Positions 36,456 to 49,000 of a stretch of DNA of 64,000 bases are shown in pieces; position 1 is the first letter of the stretch; each line of letters begins with the position of its first letter. This DNA is from Chlorokybus atmophyticus (lineage: Eukaryota; Plantae; Mesostigma and Chlorokybus algae): assembly GCA_009103225.1 (NCBI GenBank), contig RHPI01001737.1, positions 248,001 through 312,000 on the forward strand, written 5' to 3'. The notes beneath the pieces were generated by a model. It ran no database searches, was not told the DNA's origin, and worked only from the letters and a program-made list of their open reading frames with translations. Both the position numbers and the translations under genes were made by a program.

Positions 36456-38700
36456 CCCCCTTGAGGTCTGCTACATTAAGCAGATGCGCAGCTCCTTTAC
36501 GCTGAATCTGAATTGACTCCTCCACTTGTCGAGCAGAGCCTCAAGTTGCTTGCGTGTTTGGACTGTGGCCAGCGGTCCAACGGCATGAGACCCGGTGGTA
36601 GCATTGGCAACCAACGATTGTCCACCACCGTTACTGCTGCCTGCTCCTCCATGTGGGTGATCTCGAGGGCGATGTGTGCTGCGTGGGTCTCACAAATGCG
36701 GTCCCGCTAGGTGTTCGAGCTCCTAAAAGGACACATGGCGGAAGAGCAAAGCACATCTCCAACAACTACACCATGATGTTCTGGTCCATGGCGCGCGTCA
36801 ATAACTGACATTGCTGATTGGCGGTCAGCATGGAACCTGTCATAATGCTTGAAAAGAACCCCGTAGCGCATTCGCGCTCACGAGCGTTAGGCTCCTTCAG
36901 CTGGCCTGTGGTGGAGTCAGACACCATCTCATCGCCTCCAATGCGGAAGGCATATGAACCTGAAAATGATATCAGAGTTGGGAGCGCACGGCACGACTGA
37001 CCAGGCTGATTGCACTGGTAGAAATGTTGGTGGTCATGTCGCGTGATTTGCTAAGCTGTGCGCCCAGGGTCCAGAATGGTGTCGACGTTGAGATTGTGCG
37101 GTCCGCTGCTGTGCAGTTATTCAGCAGCGAAAAGGTCCTCCATTGTAACCATGTTGGTCCACTTGGCGCGGACTCGGTGAGCACGAGATCCCTACCGTGC
37201 TGCGTTGAGCTTGAAGGGATGCCCCAGCAACGAGCACACTTGTCGATAGATGTTGGCCACGTGATGGCGCTTGTCGTTCTTTGAGTATACGTTTTCGATG
37301 ATGTACCTTAGGGGCTTGGAGTTCTGGTTGTCTTGCAGGAGTCTAATGACGCGCTCCAAAAAGAGGTGCGAGCGAGGATCAAAGAGCCCTTGCCCTTTGC
37401 CTGCTCGGGAGTGTCCTTAACACTCCCAACCTGCTATTAGCAGGTTAATATTGCCCACCGCCAAGAGGTGAAACGCAGTGACCAAGCGGATGTCCTGTGG
37501 TAGTGCCTCCAGACTGCCTTGTAGTGCTGATAGTGGCAGTTGCTGCGGGTAGCGCTCGTGTTGTTGACGCTACTGGTGGCTCAGCGCGTTTTGCACGTGT
37601 GGGTCGGGGTGACATTGGAGGTACTTAATGACTGTTACACCAATGTAAAGAACAGCGGCGAGGCCACTGCCTATCCCTCCAAACAGCTCCAACAAGGTGA
37701 TGTCTTCTTGTCGGCGAAACGCGTGGGTCCACTACCCCAATGGCCACTTGGTATTGCTCTTTAGTCTTTGTAGACAAGGAAGTGCCGTGAGCCGGGATGT
37801 GGTTAATAGCAGGTGTGCAGCTACTTGCGCGCGCCAACGGCGTTCAAATGGTTTCTGTAGGGCCACTTTCTTGGTAGCATCCTCCCGGGGCTCATTGTAT
37901 GGAATGGGGAAGACTGGGTCAGAGTTGTAGGTGGCTACTGCAACCGACCTTTGGTGCGAGTGAGTGCGGGACACCAGCTTGAGAGGCAAGACGCCTCGCA
38001 CTTCTCCATCGTCCTCGTCCCAATGTGGGCGAAACTATGCTTGCTCAGAGCAGCAGTCCATCCCCATGCCGACATGGATATAAAAGTCATGTCCTAACAG
38101 CAAGTCAAAGGACCCGGCATTAGGAACCACACACCTCTGTGCAACCTTAGTGCTATGGGATTCAGGCCTATCAAGCGAATGTACAGGGCCTGTTTAATGA
38201 TTCCAAGCACTTTATCTCGGCTGTCGGCAGCCTGTAGAGACAAGATAACAACTCGGCGCTGGTGATGTTTAGATCTCTTGCGAGATAGCCCGATGATCAT
38301 AGGCTGAGCCTCAAAGTCCAGCATCACGCGCGTAGGTGCTTGACCATTGACGGTTATGTGCTTGCCTTGATTGCATGACTACTGCGTTGAAGTTGATGCG
38401 CAGCCGCTTGAAGCGTCGAGAGCGCTTGCATTGCGAGGCTGCTGCTACACTCCCGGCTGCTGATGTCGAGCGTAGTGCGGCAAGCGCCCCTCGACTAGCG
38501 GGGTTTTTTCAGTCTCGTTGTTCATGGCCTGGCACGAATTGTTCTTGCCTTGGCTGTTGGCTCGGCTGCCCGTGCCGAGGGTTAACCCCGCATTTGCCTT
38601 TAACACGTGTTTCGCTGTAACGGGGGCCCTTTTTGTCACCTCCTCGCGATTCACTTGACGGCATGAACTCCGTTCGTTCACGTAAACTCAAGTAGCGACT
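36456..38700 (-). mobile_element. Decayed DNMT-gypsy copy C: partial gag, PR, DNMT, then directly PPT and LTR (RT/RH/INT absent)
   Basis: MMLDFEAQPMIIG, ELFGGIGSG and AGWEC*GHSRAG are present. The pre-RT peptide LEALLDKWRSQFRFSVKEL is followed within ~25 nt by AAGGGGG and the LTR start. Confidence 0.85.
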
Positions 38701-40511
38701 ATGTTTACACGCTGAATGACTTTAAGAAAGGTTCACTCGGCAACTCTTTATTTTTAAAAGTTGGCGGCTTCACCAACTCTAAATTACAGGTTGGCAACTT
38801 TGCGGTTCTCTCATCAAGGCCTACCTCGGTTTCAATCCCCAATCCTTATGATTTATTGGCAACTTTCAATATAATCTAACCTTGTCGCGATAAACTATTG
38901 ACTCCGGCTAAGGACAGCGCGGTCACCGCGCCGCGGTGAGGCACCCAGTGGTGGAAGGGAACATGAGAACTACAAGCTAACTCGGCTTCCTGCTTCCCCC
39001 GACCTCTGAGTGGAGTGAACTCACTCGACCAAATCAAGCGAGGCGGTGTGTTTTAAGGTGGTCGCTAAACCCGCATGACTTGTTAATTCACCGGTGTTTT
39101 GAAGCTGTAATAGGAGGTCGCAACCTTTATGTAAAAGCAATCAATTTATATTTAAATAGCCAAGTAATTACAATCATTATTACGTTATGAAGTATTTCTC
39201 TTGTGCGTATCAGCAAGGGCTAGAGACTTTGGATTTTTGCGACTTTGCAAAATCTCTGTAACCACGGCCGCATGCGAATTTAAGCTTGCCATTACTAACA
39301 ACTCGACCCTTGGTAATGAACATAATCAATTAACAATCCCTTGTGATGTATTTAGACTTTTCGCCCTTAAATCACTTATTAAACCCTAATCCTTGAGGGG
39401 ATCATTTGCTGGCTCTCATTAACATTTCCGCACCATGAATGCTGGCAACAACCGTCCTGGCCGGCTTGCACACATGAGCTATGCTTGGAGAAGCGTGTCC
39501 GAATTAATCTGATAGATTTGTGAATTCCACATGGTGCAGTGCTCATAGCACCTCAATCACCGTGCATGATAATTGATGATTCAGCAGTGAATTCAGTCGC
39601 GATGGTACCATCTTGCGTTAATCTCAGTTTACGCTTAAAAATGTTAAAGTTATTATGGCGAAGTATTGCGATCGGGCGAGGAGCCCATAATCAAATCGTT
39701 CAAGGCTTCACTTGAATGAAACACTTCACGTCTCTTTCTTCCTAATGCATATCCCATAGCACTACCGTTCCAACCATCCTTCATAGGTGGCAATTGTAGC
39801 AGGTTGGTCCCACCATGGGACCATAAAATGCAATTTGGGTTTATGCCACCATGTTCGTCATCATGCGATTAGAACTCTCATGCATGATGTAACTGTGCAC
39901 GGTTGCTAATGCCTTGAATTACTCACAAGACTTAAGCGACTTCATCAACACATAACCTCACAATTTTACACTTAATAACCATAAACAATCAGTCAACTTA
40001 TCAATTCACTATCTGTAGGAATGCATCTTATGCAATTTAATTGGCGGCTTAGAACTAGCCGCTAGCTTTAAGCCGTTAGTTAGAATGTATGCAAATGTAC
40101 AATGTACATATGCCAATGTCACGAAGTTCGTAACATTAGCATATGTATGTTGTGTTTACGGAGATTGCTAAGTGACTTGATGTCACATAATGTGTTATAG
40201 CGCCGTACATTCACAGCTTATTACTTATTTAGCTAGTTCAGCCCCGAACTACGGGTGGTACATAGCTGTTATAGCCGTCGCGCGGCCATTAATAACGTAA
40301 TGCATAAGAGTGTTGTGCTAGCGTCAAGTATTAATATCTTCAATCATATTGCGTGTGGCAGCGACAACAATCGACATACCCTGTGCTAAGAATGTCGACC
40401 GACTTTGAAAAATATTGATGTGACATAAGGCACACAAATTTGATACTTAAAACGAACGACATGTACACAAGTTTAAAAGCATGCGTAGAGGATCATTATA
40501 CATGGTATTCC

Positions 40512-40600
40512 NNNNNNNNNNNNNNNNNNNNNNNNNNNNNNNNNNNNNNNNNNNNNNNNNNNNNNNNNNNNNNNNNNNNNNNNNNNNNNNNNNNNNNNNN
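40512..40600. other. Assembly gap (N run)
   Basis: Direct reading. Confidence 0.99.
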
Positions 40601-41858
40601 CCCAACATAATCCATCATCAGAAATACCTTTGCTTGTAGCATGATATATAAGGTTATCACTTCATTTCACATGCAGTGCATCTTTATGCAGAATGAATAT
40701 GTTAATCTGTAAAGAGCACATTTTAGTGTCATACAGCCTCACTCTTGTTGTTGAGCAAATGCTATTATCGAAAAAGCATAAAAAACGAGCGCAATATGAT
40801 TATGAGCCGAGCACAGTGGGCATGACGCAAGCTGCGATTGGCAACATGGGTGAAATTGAGTCAACAATCTGCAAGCTCTTAGCAGTAGGAGTCACATCAC
40901 GCTATAATAAAATCTTGCTGGGAGCATAAGATAATGTTGGTTGTAGTGCCATGCTCTATTCGTCATCCATCAATTGAGAGGTAATAATTAGTAAAACCTC
41001 CATGATGACATGAGGTACACTGCAAAGCAATTGAGAATAGGAGAAATGCTCACTATACGTTACGCAAACATGTTCGTCGGGGTCTTAACGAAATTTAGCT
41101 TATGGAAGGTACACAAATACAATGACGAATACCGTAATGACACGTACATCACAGCTTGAGAGTTACAATTACAATTATTATTGATAGCCTTGGGTTATCT
41201 AATGAGGGTGTTACAGGCGTTGTTCATGTTCATGTCAATGCACTCCATGAATTTTTGCGGTCATCACAGTGCAAGGTTAAAATGAAAGTAATATTCCACA
41301 GTGGGTTGTAATGTACGTCTCCACAACATTATTATTGGTATGCTCTGGCGAAAATACACTGTGCTCTCACAGTGTACCTTCGCCGGCATGTTATATGAGC
41401 GACACCGAACCACAGCAACAATGATAATGTTGATGCGTCAACATTGGTGTCGTGTGCACGCAAGACAAATGCGGGCCTGCTACGGTAGGTAGCCAGACAC
41501 CGAGGCCTGCGGAGCTACCGTGAGTGGTACCGTGTACGCTGTGTGACGTTGGCGCCGTGGACTGTGTGAGTCGCTGGGTGACCTACGACTACCTAGGCCT
41601 AGCCGTAAAGTTTTGCAGCGCAAATAGTACGCAAAGGTCACGGTGCTTGGCCCCTACTATTCATTGTTTGTACTGCGCAGTCCGCACGCACGCACCATCC
41701 CCATCTGCTTGCTACACTACTAGCAAGTTGCTGGCCATGCCATTGGCTATCTTGTTGCCGCCGCCGTTGCTGAAAGTATGTACTTGCATGCGCTTCCGGG
41801 AGGAGCGAGGGCCTACGGCAGCTGGGCGTGCTGACGGCTGATCTCGTTCACATTCACA

Positions 41859-44842
41859 ATGACCTCAACGGCGAGCAGGGGCAGGCCTGCCGCCCTGGCA
41901 CTGGTTGCCTTGCTGCTGCTGCTGACACTCAGCGGCCGTGCAGTCTCCGCAGTGGAGGTCTACCCTTATGGAGAACCCAATGGCGACACCACCGTCGTCA
42001 GGTACACGCCCGCACACGTCCACGCACGCCCACACGTCCACGAGCCCCCAGAAAGTTATGCCCACGCACCCACGTGCAACCCCACCCCCATACGCCCCCA
42101 CACGCCCACGGGCACGCACTCCCACGCACCCACACGCTCACACACAGACACATCCCCAAACACTCACCTACATGCACCCACCCCACGCACACCCCTAAGC
42201 AACTCAACGCATCCACACACCATGCAGGCACACAAAAATACACGCCCGCCTGCCCACTGCCACTGCCACTGCCACTGCCACTGCCACTGCCACTGCCACT
42301 GCCACTGCCACTCCCACACCCACACCCACACCCACTCCCACACCCACACCCACACCCACACCCACACCCACACCCACACCCACACCCACACCCACACCCA
42401 CCCAGGTGCAACGACGCGTACTCGCCTATAATTCCTCTCCCTTTCCCCGTGCCTGTATTCGGCACATCCGGCATCCGCGGCCTCCTTCTCAGTCTCTACG
42501 GCACGATCAACTTCCGTGCGGGTTACGGCTCTCGCGCCTGCTGCCCGCGCGAGTTCCCTCTCGACCCGGCCAAAGACGAGGGCTCCGCCACCATCGCCAT
42601 CTTCTGGGACAACGTCGTGTACTCCAACGACGCCTGCGGCAACGTGACCTACCGCGTGGTGGACGTTAACAAAAGCACACCCACCTCGCTTGCTGTTGTC
42701 GACGCTGATGTGCGCGTGGCCTTTCCCGACAATGAGCTTGTGGACGGGTTCAGCGCCACGGCTGCAGTGGTGGCCACGTGGGCGGACGTGCGCGCGTATG
42801 ATGATCTGTACAATGCTGATGGCACTCGCAAGCCGACGGAAGCGTGGGGAGACCGCGTGAACACGTTCCAGGCTGTGGTGGCCTTCGATGCCAGCCGCGT
42901 CTTCTTCTGCATGCTATACCCGCAGGACGGGTTGCGCTTCGGCGCAAGCCGCTACAACAAATATGGTGTGATGCTGTTAACTCCACCGGTGTCTTGAGAA
43001 CAACACCATGTTGACATCATTGACAATGCAGGACTTGCCGGGTTTGATGGCGGGGATGGCGTGCGCTCGTTCGCATTGCCCGGCGCATCAACCAATGTTA
43101 TCACAGACTTACCTCACACCTCCAATGTTGGCCAGGTGCCTTATTGTGTCTGTTCAGATGAGTCACCCGGGTGTCACCTGCGCACTGACCCACTTGTATT
43201 CGGCAGCCCGGCAAATGGTGCTTTGGATTGAACTCCACTTACACGGCCGGCGTGCCAACCAACGTCAACAGCGTGTAAGCGTGTTTTTGACTTGAGACCG
43301 CTACTGCTGCATGAGATGAAAGCACATCCAACATGACATGCGTGGGCTTGCGTGTGTGCACAGCCTAGGTGGCCCGTACTCGGTGCTCGCGTGCGGCACG
43401 CTGTCCGTCTCAGCCACAGCCGGCACCAACGGCTGCGGGATGAACCACGTGCTCGAGTGGGACTTTGACAACGACGGCGCCTTTGACGACGCCACGAGTG
43501 CCCGTCCCGTGCTGGACGCGGCCCGTCTAAAGCTGGCGCCGGGTGTCCACACCATCCGCGTGCGTGCGAGTAGTGTTGGAGGCTGCGGTCTGTCTTCCAA
43601 CCCCGCGCAGGTGCTTAGCACCACCGTTACCGTTGCCCGCGAGAACCCGCAGCCCACAATTGTGAGAGTCACGGCGGTGCCCGAGAGCGGCAACGCCAAA
43701 GCCGTTGTTGGGGAGAGTGTGGCCATCTCTGTCCTCACCAGTTCGAGCTGCCTGCCTGTGACGGTCACTGTCGATTGCGGTGCCGACTCTGTCCTGGTAA
43801 TATCTCTAACTCTCTCTTTTGTGGCACAGACACACGCTCCCACACATGCACTCACCTACACACGCACGCAGATTTGCGCTTGATCATGTATCTTCTTTGT
43901 ACAAGATGCGCATGCATGTGCAGGGTCTTCGTGCAGACACTCCCGCAACGTACGTTCAGAACTGCAAGTATGAAACCGCGGGTGTCAAGCAAGTCACCGC
44001 CACCTTAAGCCAGTATGGCAATGTTGTCGTCTCGCGCACCATTAGCATCCAGATTGACGACTTCAAGCCGATGTGCCCGCCAACCATGTGAGCAGCTCTC
44101 AACACCCAGTACTAGTTTTATATGTCAACACTAACTGAACACGTGTATGTATGTGGTGTACACATGTGTACACACGCACACATGCACACAGCGCATTCTT
44201 GGAGGGGCGCGTGCTCGGCCGGCAGTCGTGCACAGCGTCGACATGGAACGTCCAGGGCTTCAGATGCAACTACCCGAGCGGCGTGCTCAAGCCGAGCACG
44301 ACGCTGTACTCGGCATTCGCCAGCCGCGCCTCGCAGGACGCAGCCACCATCAAAGGCATCTACGGGGAGCGCACCATCGCTCAGGCCCTGCACGCCCGCA
44401 ACACCGCCAGCCAGGTGCGCGTGTGTGCACGCCGTGCTGTGTTGTGCGTTTGTGACAGTACAACGACAGTACGCTGGGTGTTTGGACAGTTGGATAGGCT
44501 GGCGCACGAGGCCGCGGCGGCGCTGCTCAACTCGCTGACATGCATCTACCCTGCGTGTCCCAACGCCATCAAGCTCGCGTTCAGGCACGCTCTCTCGCGG
44601 GGCCAACTTTGCCGAGGGTGAGTGTACACCAGATGCAACGGGCAATACATACAACTCTACATGCACATGCGACTGCACAACTGCTGTGTCCCCCGCTCGC
44701 ATATGACGCGACGAGTATCACTCGTCGTTGACCACGATGCCCATATGTTGCTGTTTTGCGTGCAGTGGCGCAAGTGCTCCAGAAGTTTACGAACTACAAC
44801 AATGACAACCAGATCAGATGCCCGCTGTCAGCGTATTGCTGA
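41859..44842 (+). CDS. Secreted protein: signal peptide, NIDO domain, PKD/Ig-like region, PDF1-like C-terminal domain (9 exons, ~632 aa)
   Basis: Exons 41859-42001, 42406-42965, 43032-43135, 43207-43274, 43364-43796, 43924-44087, 44192-44414, 44490-44617 and 44766-44842, all GT-AG. Phases are consistent except for one apparent extra G at 44599-44602. Motifs: YPYG..GD, IAIFWDNV, NTFQAVV, AGFDGGDG..SNVGQPGKW, GGPY..EWDFDNDG, HEAAAALLNS. Confidence 0.8.
42251..42402. repeat. Intronic (CACTGC)n/(CACACC)n tandem repeat
   Basis: Direct reading. Lies in intron 1 of the NIDO gene. Confidence 0.9.
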
Positions 44843-45214
44843 ACAACAGCACACACACCAACACCAAACAACCCGTTGAGGGGCTTCGTTAACAATCCCT
44901 TGCGGCTAACAGTGCTTTTTTGATAGCATTTTGCCTGTAGACATAAACCGGTGCCGCCGCAGCGGTGTCACCGCAGCAGACTTGTCAATATATATATACT
45001 CCTAAGGATGCAGACAACACGATAGTATAGTGCTGCTTGACTAATGATACAAAACGAGAGAGCCTTGAAAGAAGTGACATGCGAGTGCTGTGATGTGTGT
45101 GTCTAGCAGTGGGTCTGCCTGCGTGCCTTGCCCTACACCACAAAGCGACACACACCGAGCCGAGAGAGAGAGCAAGTTGTATCATCCGCAGTGTGCCTGC
45201 GATGCACGTTGCTC

Positions 45215-47052
45215 TCACTCCACTTGGGGGCACTGGCGCGGTATGGTGTTGAGCTTGGCGGCGGTGGGACAAACGGCGAGACATGACGTGGCGAGGGCAG
45301 GGTCGTTTTCGCGTGTTGGCGGGGCCACCCCGAAGCTGAACTGGCAGCTAAAGTCCTCATAGTTGGGTTCCATGAGCAGGGGGACGCCCATGTCGCGCAT
45401 CATGAACGCCTGCGTGGGCATCTTGCACGTGTGCACGCAAATGCCCGCACACCCGGTCTGCTCCAGGTACCGGCACTTCTCCACAAGGACGCCCGCGTTA
45501 TCAATGACGCGGTTGTTATCGGGGAGCGTGACGGGGGTGAGCTTGCAGGGCCCCATCAGCCACTCGCATGACCATTTGGTCACGCGCGCGGTGAGCACGG
45601 CTGCCGGCACGCCCCCGCCCAGCGGGCTGATCAGAGCCCTGAACAGCGGCAAAAGCAGCGGCGGAAACAGCGACTGCAGCACCCTCCTCTGAGATGATGA
45701 ACACCAATCACAACATCATCGCTGGCGTAGACATGCGTGTGCATGTCTCACACACCCACACGCACACGCGCGCACAAGCACGCACGCACTGTTACATTTG
45801 CATTCTGCAGCAGCAGCAGCAGCATCAGCAACAAGCACGGCCAGGGGCATACCGTTTTCTCTTCGACGTTATACCGCCTTTTGGAGCTGGCCAGCAAAGC
45901 GCGCGCTGACTCCACCAGCCCCGCGTATCCTGCCAGCGGTGAGTCCCGCCCCACCTCCTGATCACGCAAAGCATTGCTTGTCATTAGCTGAAGAACTTGA
46001 ATTGCATGTGTGCGTGAAACTCACGTGAGCTATCGCAAGTCGGAAGCGGGAGAGGAAGAAGCGGTCCAGAGGCGTGAACGCGGCGTCCACTGGTTCCGAT
46101 GTCGAACCAGACTGCCCTGACGTCAATGGCCCTGACACTGATGCCTGTGTGTTGAGTCCCCAGATGTTGGACCCTGAGTGTGCACAACGGATACACACTC
46201 ACGTGCGTAGTCATTGCCTGTGTCTCATAGATCCTGGAATGCGAGTTTACTGCTTCTGTGGCTCTGGTGGTTGTTATGTATTGCTTGACATAACCGCGTA
46301 TACATCGCAGGACAGACTGTACAAGCTTTACATGCCGTGCTAAGGACTTGTGCAGGAGACACCACACTGGATTGCATGCATGTGGTATCCAGCCATCGAG
46401 GTAGCAAGCAGAGCGCAGCAGCTAGATCACTGTCAAGCATACGACAGACACACGCAGGTGACATAACCACAGGAGAGGCTGCCATAGAATTATGTTCTCT
46501 AGGCAATGGCAATGGGGCAGAGGTAGGCGGGGGTGCACGGCCACAAAAAACAGCAAGCGATGCTGGGCAAACAGCATGCATGCAATTGACCAACCTGTAG
46601 CAGGTTGGCGATTTTAGCATGTTGTCTTTGTGCTCTCTTCCAGAAAACAATTCTTTTGTATGTGTACAAACGGCTGAGGTGGGCATGCAGGCATGCACTT
46701 AGTGCCATACACGTTCATCGTGGCCCACATACAGCCCAACAACACTCGTCTACCAAAGCCAACATAACTGTTCGTGTGCGCATGTGAGAGCGGATACAGA
46801 GCAAGTCACTCCATTCCATGAGTTTCATTAAGGCTCAAGCAAGAAACATAGAAACTGCCTAACGACAACCCTCACTCCGCTCTCTGCCGCCCCACAAAAA
46901 CACACCTGCGCGTGTGACGAGGCTGGCCAGGCCGCACTGCTGCCGCCGCGGCTGCGGCTGTGGCTGCCATTGGGGCGCCGGCGTCCGCTGCGGGGACGTG
47001 CCTGCCACAGGCTGACGGGCGCCACAAACTCCGCCGCCGCCGCCGCCGCCAT
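45215..47052 (-). CDS. DWARF27-like beta-carotene isomerase family protein (DUF4033), 4 exons, 281 aa
   Basis: Exons 47052-46906, 46144-46025, 45957-45853 and 45688-45215. Motifs GYAGLV, WLMGPC, VLVEKCRYLEQTGCAGICVHTCKMPTQAF, LMEPNYEDFSCQFSFG..P. The Ala/Arg/Ser-rich N-terminus resembles a transit peptide. Confidence 0.9.
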
Positions 47053-49000
47053 TAACGCCGCAGCTGGTTGACAAGGAGCGTGTGCGCTTTTGCCACCAGC
47101 TTGTTGTTGACTAACAAAGCAGCAGCACCAGCGCAACCCCGGTACTTTACGTACGCATGTATGATGCTGCTTGATCAGTCCTTCGGAGTTCATGGTGCAG
47201 GTGTAGTGCAGAGTGCGTAACAGTTGAGCATAGGCAGGGATTGAGCATGTCTCCAGCGCACAGACTGTCACCAGACAAGCCCACTGTTCGCTTGCTTCTA
47301 CGCACTCTTGTATACAAAAGATCTGGAGCTGCACTGCGGGCATGCATATGGTCTATACAAAGCAGATGCGTGCTTGTGCACGCAGTGACTCACACTCCAG
47401 CCAACACACACAGTCAGCTACATGTATACAACACCCGATCACACAGGGCTAGTCACTCAGCACTAGCTTATAGTAGCACTATTGCCCATGCACCCTGTTG
47501 GTCATGCATGCATATGATGTTTACCTGCTCGATGCGGGCAGCGTCAGACGATGGTTGTACAATAAACGCAGTGTGCAACAACCCCTCTCCACCCCCCTCC
47601 CCACTGCTCTGCCTCTTTCCGTCCTCTCTTGCTGCCTGCGGCGCCGGCACTGTGCGTATGGTCAAGAAGGGAAGCAACACCAAGGTCATCTATGCCAGCC
47701 ACCTGTCACAGCGGCCATGCAGCTGTAACAGGTGGCTGGTAGGGGCTTACCAGCACAGTGCACTGCCTTGCAAAGAGTACATGCAGTGACCGAGTGTTGA
47801 GCAAGTGGGTGTTGAGTATTGTATGCGTGTACGCATATTCTCTGCATTGTTCGCCACATACAAGATGTACTTGAGAGCGTTGGAAAAGCGTGTGTATATA
47901 ATTTGGTACGCTTAGCGCAACTGTAAGATTGCCACTACAGGCATGCATGATCAATGGCTGCAGTGTATATAAGGGGTATGGTACGGTGGCAGCATGCATG
48001 TTGTGGACAATGCGAATGGCATGCATCAGCACAAGCATACACGCTTTACACATCAAATTTAACCATTGGGCTAGTTCTATGGCTGCTTGCTACACTATAC
48101 CAATGCTAGCCCGCCCCGTTAGACATACAAGCATGCATTCAGTTAGTACCTGCTCACAAGGGCGCTGGTCAATCCGTTGTCAACCACGGCCACAGCTGCA
48201 ACAGCATCAACATGCAGGACGACTCCCCCCTCTCCCTCCGCTCCCTCTGCCTCCTCTCAGCCACTACTGCGGGCTGCTGCGTGCCGCGGTTGTCAACAAC
48301 TCTTGCCGCGCAGTGCTCACGTCAGCACTGCGCTGGGCAGGGACCTTTAGGTCGTACGCTGGGGCTGTGCTGCTGTGCTGGTTAGGTGCAGCTGGTAGGG
48401 TTGGGTGATGGGGTTGTGTCGTGCACAACATTGAAAGAGAGAAGGAATGAGCTGTAACAGCTGCTAAAACCTCCTCTGAAGTAAATTGCTCAATTTACTA
48501 TCTGAACACAGTAGGTAAGGAGGTGACTATAGTAGCCAACAGTGATCACCACCATTAGCGGCGGCAAACATACGTCGAAATGATGGTGTATGCGCAGGCG
48601 TACAAACACTGCAGCGTAAGGCCGCATTAAGTGCACATACCAGTCACTTGTTTTGCTAATGTTTTGCTATGCACACACCATCCACCCTCTATGCTATGTT
48701 ACCATGCAATATGTTGTGAGCATTACCATCTCTAGACACCTTCCAGTATTACACCAAGTTGTAACGTTGGCTAATGAAACGGAAAGGCAAGATATGGTAT
48801 ACAACCACTGCAAAAGCGCTCATCTCCAACTTGGAACTAGTACCCAGTACCCAACACACCGGGGAATATTAACTCACATTGGGTAGCAGCAACAGGTCTA
48901 ATATACACACTAAAGTGCGCACGGCACTACAATCGGCAACTCAACCACTACATCACACAGCAGAAGTTCTGTCTGCAAAAGAATCATAACACCACGGATG

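Noticed and set aside
7181-37434. Apparent excess of CpA-to-TpA changes in the stop codons of decayed elements (RIP-like or non-CG methylation signal)
   Set aside because: Ascertainment bias: transitions can only create stops at CAA, CAG, CGA or TGG. An unbiased copy-versus-consensus mutation spectrum is needed.
42002-42405. His/Cys/Pro-rich ORFs (HCHCHC, PHPHPH)
   Set aside because: Simple repeats in intron 1 of the NIDO gene.
47480-48400. Possible small spliced minus-strand gene between D27 and PPR
   Set aside because: Splice-like signals exist, but all frames close quickly and no domain is recognisable. It may be UTR.
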